Part shown: one piece after another, positions 52,578 to 64,000 of the stretch | How positions within the stretch are numbered: position 1 is the first letter of the stretch | Layout: each line of letters begins with the position of its first letter | Source: Octopus vulgaris | Lineage: Eukaryota | Direction: 5' to 3' | DNA: 64,000 bases | Assembly: GCA_951406725.2 (NCBI GenBank) | Contig: OX597818.1 | Location: forward strand, 46,500,001-46,564,000 | Notes under the pieces: model-generated | What the model was told of the DNA's origin: nothing | Database searches by the model: none | The model's input: the letters and a program-made list of their open reading frames with translations, nothing else | Position numbers and translations under genes: made by a program

Positions 52578-55308
52578 GTATATATATATATATGTATATA
52601 TATATGTGTATATATATATGTATATATATATATACATACACATAGATATATATGTATATATACAGAGAGAGATAAATGCATAAACATATATATGCATACG
52701 TATGCGTGTGTATGTATGCATGTATGTGCGTGTATGTATGTACTCATGTTTGTACTTATGTACGTATGTATGTATGTTGGTATGTATGTGTCTACGTATG
52801 CACGTATGTATGTACGCGTATGTACTCCTTCCTCGTGCAAGCCGAGATTACACAGCGCACGATGTGCAAAAGCGACGAATTCCTTTACTCTATGTCAGTT
52901 ATTTCAAGCCATGGAATCAAATTAATAATCTCCACATCCACCGCAGAAACTATCATTAGCAACACACTATGAATATAGAGTCTAATTAATAGTCGCTGCT
53001 GTTGCTTATTAAGACTATCTGATTACACCAGCGTGGTGTAATATGCTTCATCCTGCAGATGTCACATAGAACCGAACCATGTGATTTATCACTTTACTCT
53101 TCAGTCGTTTCGAAGAATTCCTTACAAGTCTAGATATACTGGAAAACGTTGCTGTGTCTGTAATTTCATTCCGTAATATTTTCATGTTTTCTTTTTTCTC
53201 TCTCTTTTTGCTTTTTCTTTTTATTTGATTTGAGTAGAAACGTAATGGCGGTAGACCATATAATGTTAAAAGAATTGTACTCTGTACTTGTACTTGAACA
53301 AGACATAACAATCTTTTATTTATTTTTTTTGAACAGTAGATACTACCCCCCTTCCTTTAGCCTTCCATTCGTTTTTTTTTACATGAATTAATCCACTGCG
53401 TTCCTTGTTCTGCCGTTTAAATGCATTATTCACTATTACTTCCTTCATGAACGATGCACGTTGACATCTTAGGCAAGTTCTATACTTTACTCAGCGAATT
53501 TTTCCAAATTAGTTGGCTTTTTTTTTTTTGCCTTCAAAGGATTTTTTTCTTCTTTTTCTTTCGAAGACACTAACTTATCGGTTAGATATAGATAAGCTCG
53601 ACACACTTATGTCACACAGAACATAAAGAATTGGATCAAAAACCTTAACAATTCTGCCAATCTACCCTCTTGTTGTATTGCTCTCGGAAGGATATAAGAC
53701 AGAGTCAACCTCGGCACAATTTGAACTCAGAACATAAAGACAGACGAAAGGCAGCTAAGTATTTTGCCCAGCGTGCTGACGATTCTGTCAATTCAGTAAA
53801 ACAATTTCTATGATGAAGAGTAACCCAATAAATCTGAAACCAATAATTCAATGTTTACTAAATACTCCAACGCAATTTCACTTCTGTCTGCTTACCGTTT
53901 GCTTAACATCTTTTGAGATAATCTTATCGTTCAGAAATTGCGACCGAATTTCTATTGAGATTAACGAAAACAAAGGTAGTTCCCTATTGCCTTTTTCTAG
54001 GGTGCTTTTGTTCACCATCTTGTCGTTTAGATATATTATTACATCCATGTATTTTTTTCTCCTGATACACTGAAGAAAACCATTAACCATTGCAGAGTTG
54101 TTTAGCGTTTTGCTTTCTTTAAACTGTATTTAATGAAACTACTGAACCTGAGGAAACTAGTGATGATCTGTGACAGCAAATAGTAAGTTCACAGAACTCA
54201 CGCTCTGAAACTATTTATTTTGCCTAAGAGATGAAGAACACTCTAACGTTTCGAGCTGAGCCCTTTATATGAAAGAGGTGAAATAAGTCGGGATGATTAA
54301 ATAGATGGAGAATAGTAATAGTGTAAAGAAAGCAGATAAAAGCGATAAATAAGGGAATGGGAGGGAAGGATAACATTCAAAGCAAAGAGAAAATTAACAG
54401 GAACGTCAGAAAATTTTTAAAAGTAGTGAGATGGAGTTGTAAGATCAGGAAAAACGTGAAAAAGGTATTCACATATACAATCTGAACAAGAATTAACTGT
54501 GGTGAATTTGCATAATGTCAGTGAGTAGTGTCAACGATCATTTGGATTTATCTCAGTTCTTTTGCGTTGCTAATAATACCTTGGTCAAAAAAAAAAAAGC
54601 ATGGATTCTTCGCATTTCCTCTTATTAATATGATTTTTTTTTTTTACTTTAGAATGCCGGAACGGGTGGATGCAGAAGAATGTTTCTTCTGGGGTTATTG
54701 CTTTGAATGAATAACTGAGTTTTAGTATAGCGAATATAATTATATGGTGGAAATTGTATGGCATGTAGCAGAACCATCATAGCAGCAGTATAGGCCCCCG
54801 GGAAAATCAATGCACTCGGCCCCATAGTATTTCTTTATCGACAGAAAACCGCAGTGTACATATGTCAGAATTGGGTCCCTAGGGCCGTGAGGTCCCTGAG
54901 TATCTTCCCAGTGTACCCATGCCCTGACCCAGCGGCAGAATGTAGGTAAGTAATGTTCAGAACATATTCAGTTTCGTTTATCCACGTCCTTAGTTCAAAT
55001 CTTGCCGGTATCGTCTTTGCTTTCGTTCTTCTGAGGTCAATAAAATAAATGCTTGTTGTCGCTGTTGTCGTCGTTGTTTAGCCTCAAGTTAACCCTGAGT
55101 GATCACACCCATGATCAAAAGTGCTCCGTCCGTTTTCATCCCGGCCTTTGTATATCAAGAATTACCTTCTTCACTATGTCCTTCCAGTTTTAAGATGGTG
55201 GGATGTGATTTAAGGAGATATGAATGCTCTTCCAGCAGGTCGACCGCTGCGGAGAGGCCTCTTCGTTTAAACGCTAGCAATATGCTAAGAATATCTCATA
55301 TGGCTTGT

Positions 55309-55520
55309 AGGCAGTGAGCAGGCAGAATCGTTTTTACGCTGGACCAAATGCTTCACGGCATTTCGTCCGTCTTTACGTTCTGAGTTCAAATTCCGCCGAG
55401 GTCGACTTTGCCTGTCATACTTTCGGTGTCGATAAACTAAATAAAACAAAAGCATTGGAATCGATGTAAACGACTACCCTCTGCCCATAAATTGTTGACT
55501 TTGTACCAAAATTTCAGACG
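55309..55520 (+). mobile_element. diverged family A SINE
   Basis: GTTCTGAGTTCAAATTCCGCCGAGGTCGACTTTGCC. Confidence 0.8.
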
Positions 55521-56253
55521 AGCATCTCATATGACTTAAATATGTCCAGAGTTGTCTCCCGTATTAGCTAAAGAGATTAAAATACTATTAGTCATTCAAA
55601 TAATGTTGTCTTTCCCTTGCCCCAAATGCTTTTCCGGTTGATTTAATAGTGTTCATTACATTACATATGCTCACACTAACTGAACTATTGTTTTTCATGC
55701 GAATGGCATCTCACAGTAACATATTTCAGGGATTTATCTGTTCAAATTAGTTAAGTAGGCAATGGCGTCAGAGAAACCTATACTGTCTGTATGGCTGTGC
55801 TTTCGCCATTCTTTTAGCAGCATTTCCATCATGTTGCCTTGCCAGAAACGCCTTGCGAAGTGTGTTTCGACATTTTTTCAGCGTCTCTAAGATGTAACTA
55901 ACATGTTTTATACCTTGTCTCCTTCAATTTAGCATAATGTATATATGTATATATACATACATAAATATATATATAGAGAGAGAGGGAGACAGACAGACAG
56001 AAAAAAACACTATGTATAAATGTATACATGTATATATACATATACGTATAAGCACAAATACGTGTATGTATGTATGTATGTATGTATGTATGTATGTACG
56101 TATGTATGCATATATGTATATAGTGGATGTGTGGTAAGAAGCTTGCTTCCCAACCACATGGTTCCGGGTTCAGTCCCACTGTGTGACACCATGAGTGTCT
56201 TCTATTAGAGCCTCGGGTCGACCAAAGCCTTGTGAGTGGATTTGGTTGATATG

Positions 56254-56296
<43 letters not shown>

Positions 56297-56331
56297 ATAT
56301 ATATATACATGTATGTATATATATATATATG

Positions 56332-56412
<81 letters not shown>

Positions 56413-56417
56413 GTATG

Positions 56418-56473
<56 letters not shown>

Positions 56474-56536
56474 TTATATATATATGTATGTATGTATGTA
56501 TGTATATATATATGTATGTATGTATGTATATGTATG

Positions 56537-56567
<31 letters not shown>

Positions 56568-56608
56568 GCATATATATGTGTGTATATATATATACATACA
56601 TATATATA

Positions 56609-56835
56609 GGCGGCGAGCTGGTAGAAACGTTAGCACGCCGGGCGAAATTCGTAGCCGTATTTCGTCTGTCGTTACGTTCGAGTTCAAATTCCGCCGAGGT
56701 CGACTTTGCCTTTCATCCTTTCGGGGTCGATAAATTAAGTACCAGTTACGCACTGGGGTCGATGTAGTCGACTTAATCCCTTTGTCTGTCCTTGTTTGTC
56801 CCCTCTGTGTTTAGCCCCTTGTGGTAGTAAAAAAT
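56609..56835 (+). mobile_element. family A SINE monomer within a TA microsatellite
   Basis: Full head and body. Confidence 0.9.
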
Positions 56836-56866
56836 ATATATGTGTGTGTGTGTGTATATATATATG

Positions 56867-57042
<176 letters not shown>

Positions 57043-57322
57043 TTGGCTACAGAATGATTGTCACACATTACATTTACAGATAGACGATACAAAGAAAACA
57101 AGGGCGGGTCATTCAGAGTTTTCTTTCCTCAGTCGAGTTCCTGATTATTTTTGCAAATTGCTCCAGTCTGGCTAGCCCCAAAGAAAAACTAAGCTAAGCA
57201 GTAAATGTATACGAAAACAAGGACGGAAAAAACGGAATGTATATATAAATATGTATATATATGCATGTATATACGTATGTAATATATGTATATATATGCA
57301 TGTATGTATATACGTATATGTA

Positions 57323-57389
<67 letters not shown>

Positions 57390-57426
57390 ATATGTATGTA
57401 TATGTATATATGTATATATGTATGTA

Positions 57427-57457
<31 letters not shown>

Positions 57458-57462
57458 ATATG

Positions 57463-57513
<51 letters not shown>

Positions 57514-57858
57514 ATATGTATGTATATATATATATATATATATATATACGTATTTATATATATATATATATATATATGCGCATTTGTTAATTGTTTTATA
57601 TGTATGTATTTGTGTGTCTGTGTTTGACCCCCACCATCGCTTGATAATCGATGTTGGTGTGTTTACGTTCCCCGTAACTTAGCGGTTCGGAACAAGAGAT
57701 CGATAGAATAAGCACTAGGCTCACAAAGAATAAGTCCTGGGTCGATTTATTCGACTAAAGGCGGTGCTCCAGCATGGCTGCAGTCAAATGGTTGAAGCAT
57801 ATATATATATTTATATACACATATATACACACACATGCATACATACATATACATATAC

Positions 57859-57890
<32 letters not shown>

Positions 57891-57911
57891 ATATTATATA
57901 TATATATATAC

Positions 57912-57955
<44 letters not shown>

Positions 57956-58399
57956 ATATTCCACAGACGCCCACCCCAGTGAGTCGTATGTTAGCATGTC
58001 GCGCCACTTCATGAATCATTCTCAACATTTTGATGGCGACTATATCAAGTTTCTTTTTGCGTAGCCCATATTTCAATATTATGTATCTAGATCAACGGAA
58101 AATTATTGCCCAATAGAGCGTCTTATTTTTGAAATTCTAAGAATTTAACATTAATTTACTAAAATATCTAGACGAGAATAAAACTTATTGGGTAGACTCT
58201 TAGAGAGCTAGCAGAGTTCTTGGTAAGAATGACTTAGTCATCAGTAGCTATCAAATGGTAAAGGAAATTTATCTAGATACGCGGTTCCACATGTCTAGGT
58301 ATAGAAGTTGTAAGCTAAGTAACTGACTCTGTAGGAGGCTATTTTCTTAGCTACCAGATACATGGGAGTGGATAAAACAATTAACAGAAGTTGGTGCAT

Positions 58400-58789
58400 G
58401 CGTAACTGTCTGGTTAAGGAGTTCGTTTTGCGAGAACGTGGTTTCGGGTTCAGTTCCATTCTACGACACCTTAAGTGAGTGTCTCCTTCTATAGCCCCGG
58501 ACTGACTAATATCGAGGGATTGAATTTGGTAGTGGGAAAATACGTGGAAGCCCGTTCTAGTTGTGTGTCTGTACGCGCGTGTGTAAGTGTCTTTGAATTT
58601 ATGTTTGTTCCCACCACTGCTTGAAAACATGTGTTAGTATGTTTACGGCCCTTACCTTAGCAGTTCAGCAAAACAAACCGGGTTCAGTCTCACTGCGTAG
58701 CATCTTTGGCAAGTGTCTCCTACTATAGCCTCGGACCGACCAAAGCCTTGTGAGTGGATTTGGTAGACGAAAACAGAAAGAAGCCCGTC

Positions 58790-58831
<42 letters not shown>

Positions 58832-58998
58832 GTGTGTTTGTATGTGTGTGTGTTTATTCCCCAACATCGCTTGAAACCGATAGACTAAGTACTAGGTTTA
58901 CAAAGAATAAGTCCTGCGGTCGATTTGCTCGACTAAAGGCGGCGGTGCTCCAGCATGGCCACAGTCACATGACTGAAACAAGTAAAAGAGTAAAAGAG
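58400..58998 (+). mobile_element. old family B SINE fused to a younger family B copy
   Basis: Two successive B-box/CORE-like segments at ~58447 and ~58681. Confidence 0.75.
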
Positions 58999-59281
58999 AG
59001 ACTTAAAAATGAATCCTGGGATCGATTTGCTCGATTAAACTCTTCGGGGTAGTTTCCCAGCATAGTTGCAGTCCAAGTAAAGGGTAAAAGATAAAAGAGA
59101 CATAAAATGTGAAGGCCAGATTGCATGGACACAGGGTGTATTAATACCGAGATATAATATCTACCCCCGCCCCACTTAAACGTGGATGTTTTGATAGGAC
59201 AAACTATACTGCGGTAGAAACCATGAGAGAAAGTCTCACATTGGCTCTCGGTGTAAATCTCCACCATCTCCAGCACCGAGA

Positions 59282-59328
59282 CCGCCTGATCAAGAGATTT
59301 CGACCTTCCTCGGCCTTGTCAATGATGG
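59282..59328 (-). ncRNA. hammerhead variant with a U3-A8 core
   Basis: rc CCATCA-TTGACAA-GGCC-GAGGAA-GGTC-GAAA-TC-TCTT-GAT-C-AGGCGG. Confidence 0.55.
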
Positions 59329-59414
59329 ATGCGCGACCGCCTAAGATAGTAGCGACTCATCTCCCCACCAGCTATATATAAAAAGGCGCTGGTGTCGTGA
59401 TTAGCCAGTGAGCT

Positions 59415-59502
<88 letters not shown>

Positions 59503-59634
59503 TGCTGCCCTGGTAACTATTTACTTATTTTTTCTGTGTTATTTGTACACATTGAAAAAATACATATACATTTATATATATATATATTTATAAACATATA
59601 TACACATTTATATATAAACATTTTCATATATATA

Positions 59635-59786
<152 letters not shown>

Positions 59787-60309
59787 CAGTCTTAATTTGG
59801 TATTTTAATATATATGTTGTTCTTGGCCTACTTTATCATGTCTCAGAACATTGTGGTGTAGTTGGAATAATAATTTCTTTCATTAGCAAAACAGTAAATA
59901 TATATGACATCCAATGCTCTCTCTCCAAGTTTTTAAGGACGTTATGAAATATGTAAACAGTAACAACCAGAAATAGAAATCACCTCCATGACTCGACTCG
60001 CTGTGAATTTATTTCTAGTCTACGGCGCCAATCCTTTGCAGGCAAATAGCAATTTTTCATATTACAAAGCTATTTCGAAGTTATTCAAGGAAGGTGTTGT
60101 CGTTCTTAGAGACTCCAGTACATAATAGTAAAATAAGTCTTTATTATCTGTAGCACTTTCCAACTATTTAAAATATATATGTATATATGGCTGGTATTTA
60201 TTTCCCCATGTTTCTAAAAACGAATGACATTTGTCTTACGTACTACAAGACCACTTGTGAGTGTACATTTGTGTGCGTGTCTGCCTCTGTATGTGTGTGC
60301 GTGTCTGCC

Positions 60310-60341
<32 letters not shown>

Positions 60342-60687
60342 TAGATGTAATCTATGTTAGCGTATTACTGGTATTTATGTTATCGATGATGGAGAAGGAA
60401 AGATAACTCCGATTCGGTGAAGTAGGGACTCACTATTGAGAAGTACCGGTAACACATTTAGTTCCGTACTCGGCTGTTTCTGTCAAAATATTTTACAGTA
60501 ATATACTGAATGTTTTATGTCTGCCTTGTTTCAACATTCCTTATATTGTCCTGATAACTTATATATATTGCTGATATGAATTTTTTGTTCGACTATTTTC
60601 TGCGAAGATACATTACTAACTTTTCTTTATCATAAAAAATATTTGCCATTTTTAAGGAAACTGAACATTGAGGAATTTCAGCTGTAT

Positions 60688-60801
<114 letters not shown>

Positions 60802-60848
60802 ACATTATATATATATATATACATATATATATTATATATACATACATA

Positions 60849-61064
<216 letters not shown>

Positions 61065-61585
61065 TGTATATATGTCGGAATATATACATACATATTTCTA
61101 TCAACAGCTATGTTAAGGATAAAAAATGTTGCAGCATTTGTGATACATCATCGTTTTACAATTTATTAATACAACAAAGATTGCAGTAAGCGATATAAAT
61201 GCGTTGTTGCAGCGTTTCTTATCTACACATGCATTATATCAGAGAAAGTAATTATTTTATCTGACGTTGGTTGTAGCTGTATATGAAAATACTGCAATCT
61301 TACCAAGACGACAACGAGTAAACTAATACAGAGACTGTATTAGACAAGAGGAAATAAATTGTTAGGTTAGCTCCACCCTAATGATGCACAGATTTGTAAA
61401 ATGTCAAAGCTGTTATATCTCACTGTCAATTCCAAGGATGAACACCTGGGTGAGAAGAGGAAAGAAGCAGTTTGTTTATATTGGTCGCATTCTGATTTAG
61501 TCCTTTTCGCAAATACTTCGAAGTATTTCGTACAGGTATTAGTATTTCTAATCAGGCTCTTCTTCTCACCCCAACAGTATATCAG

Positions 61586-61625
<40 letters not shown>

Positions 61626-61649
61626 GGAGAGGGAGAGGAATAGAGAAAC

Positions 61650-62190
61650 TGACAGACAGACTGAAGCAGGGAGACGGGAGACAGAGAGAGAGAAACAGAC
61701 ATTCAGAGAGACAGACAGACATTCAGAGAGAGAAACAGACATTCAGAGAGACAGACAGACATTCAGAGGGACAAACAGACATTCAGAGAGACAGACAGAC
61801 ATTCAGAGAGACAAACAGACATTCAGAGAGAGACGGACATTCAGAGACAGACAGACATTCAGAGAGAGACAGACAGACATTCAGAGAGAGACAGACAGAC
61901 GTATAGACAGAAAGAGAGACAGTGATGCAATGAGAAGAAAGACTAACAGACGATAGACAGACTGAAGCAGGGAAACGGGAGACAGAGAGAGAGAGACAGA
62001 CAGACATTCAGAGACAGACAGACAAACATGTAGACAGAAAGAGAGACAGAGACAGAGACAGAGATACAATGAGAAAAAGAGACAGACAGACATACAAACA
62101 GACAGGCAGACAAACAGACATACAAACAGACAGGCAGACAGATAGAAGCAGACAAACAGAGAGACAGAAACAGACAGGCAGAGACAGAGG
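61650..62190. repeat. GA/GACA-derived 20-22-bp minisatellite (CAGACATTCAGAGAGACAGA)
   Basis: About 10 units carrying CATTCAG, with a duplicated flank. Confidence 0.88.
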
Positions 62191-63006
62191 ATTATATAAC
62201 TGCATTTTACATGACATATCTTTGTAAGATATATCGTACCAACAGTCAGTTTTGAAATGATCATACAATTTTGAAAGATAAACAATCCAAGTTACTTAAA
62301 AGCCTACGCCTTATAGACACGATTATCTTTCAAATTGCCTAACAATTCGATGAACATTTTAGCTCAGTGTCTTACCTTTACTTTCATATCAACGTACACT
62401 ATCCTACCTTTATTTTATCTGTTATTAATGACTAGAAACACAATGGAAACAGTCGAAGTTACAGAATATATCAGACGATATACTTTATTGTACCTAGTGT
62501 AGTAACCGTTTTTGATTTGATTGCAAATCCCATCGGATGCGATTCCGCATTTCATTTTCTCAGGTGGACGATCAAAGAAGTTCCAGTCGTATATTAAGTT
62601 AAGTCAACCGTCTGTTGCATTCTCCTACAGAATTTGGCTGAGTTCCCAGCCCAAAGCAGAATCATTATTTATTTAATCTTTTTATAACACTTCTCCGTCG
62701 AATTCAAGCACCATCGAACGAAATTATTCTTGTTGATCAAATTTCTACAACAGACCAACTCGACGGACGCGCGTGTGCGCATGCGTGCATGTGTACTGGT
62801 GTGAGCATGTGTGTGTATGTGCGTATGCGTATGTGTGTGTTCCTGTGTCTTAGAATAGAACGGGGGTTAAAGCTTTCACTAACATAATTGCCGTATATAA
62901 GTTCGTCTGTGCGCACGTGTGCATGTGTGTGTGTGTGTGTGTCTGTACGTGTACGTGTGTGTACGTGTACGTGTGTGTACGTGTATGTATGTGTATGTCT
63001 GTGGAA

Positions 63007-63424
63007 GGCGGCGAGCTGGCAGAAACGTTAGCACGCTGGGCAAAATGCTTAGCCGTATATCGTCTGCCATTACGTTCTGAGTTCAAATTCCGCCGAGATC
63101 GAATTTGCCTTTCATCCTTTCGGGGTCGATAAATTAAGTACCAGTTATGTACTGGGGTCGATGTAATCGACTTAATCCGTTTGTCTGTCCTTGTTTGTCC
63201 TCTCTGTGTTTAGCCCCTTGTGGGTAGTAAAGAAATAGGTATTTCGTCTGCCGCTACGTTCTGAGTTCAAATTCCGCCGAGGTCGACTTTGTCTTTCATC
63301 TTTTCGGGGTCGATAAATTAAGTACCAGTTACGCACTGGGGTCGATATAATCGACTTAATCCGTTTGTCTGTCCTTGTTTATCCTCTCTGTGTTTAGCCC
63401 CTTGTGGGTAGTAAAGAAATAGGT
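63007..63424 (+). mobile_element. family A SINE dimer
   Basis: Head + 2 x 184 bp; junction AAAGAAATAGGTATTTCG at ~63229-63246; ends with GGTA of a third unit. Confidence 0.92.
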
Positions 63425-63773
63425 ACGTGTACGTGTGTGTACGTGTACACATGTGTGTACGTGTACGTGTGTGTACATGTACGTGTGTGTGCGCGCGTTC
63501 TCGTGCGTGTTTTTTATTGTCGGCTGGAGATAGAACTTCCAGCAAAAATTTTTTTCCGTGTCATTTTTGCGATGAAATTGGTTTTTCGTTTTTTTTCCCC
63601 CGCTTCTTATTCGGCATGAAAACGGGACGAAACTAATTATGTTTTGCCATTCTACAGCTCCTGTTCCTTCACCATTCAGTTAATGATAATACTGATATTT
63701 TCCTTAATTAACACTAAAGTAATTTTGCATGCTACATAGATCTGAGATTTTACTAAGTCATTTGATCAAAAGC

Positions 63774-63776
<3 letters not shown>

Positions 63777-63863
<87 letters not shown>
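63777..63863. repeat. (ATT)n microsatellite
   Basis: Visible run. Confidence 0.95.
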
Positions 63864-63864
<1 letters not shown>

Positions 63865-64000
63865 TTCTTTGTAACACGGTCAAGCGATCCGTGAACAAAT
63901 GAAATATTTCTGCTTTGTATCTTAGTTCTAGTTGTATGATCTTGAAGTTTTGAGATATTTGACTACCATAATGAACGGCAGTCGAAGAGTTTGCATACCG

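Noticed and set aside
60428-60490. Possible 46-nt minus-strand microexon
   Set aside because: Too short to distinguish from chance

Overview
AT-rich, repeat-saturated metazoan DNA, intergenic or intronic. The SINE repertoire resembles octopus/cephalopod families (inference). No host protein-coding gene can be supported; nearly all listed ORFs are microsatellite or SINE read-through. The window holds four tRNA-derived SINE families, decayed LINE pieces (R4/Dong, RTE, L1/Tx1, Penelope-like), a decayed Tc1/mariner transposase, MITEs and many micro/minisatellites. Three signals stand out. (1) One SINE occurs as head + n x 184-bp concatemers with the same self-complementary junction at four loci (9 units at 1345-3050, including a 552-bp higher-order repeat), suggesting a circular-RNA or template-jump amplification route. 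(2) At least six type I hammerhead ribozyme motifs are scattered across the window, including one split by a SINE inside a fold-back and one with a compensatory U3-A8 core. (3) Several local fold-back inversions occur, one built from sequence also found 17 kb away and one turning a transposase 5' end into a ~330-bp hairpin.
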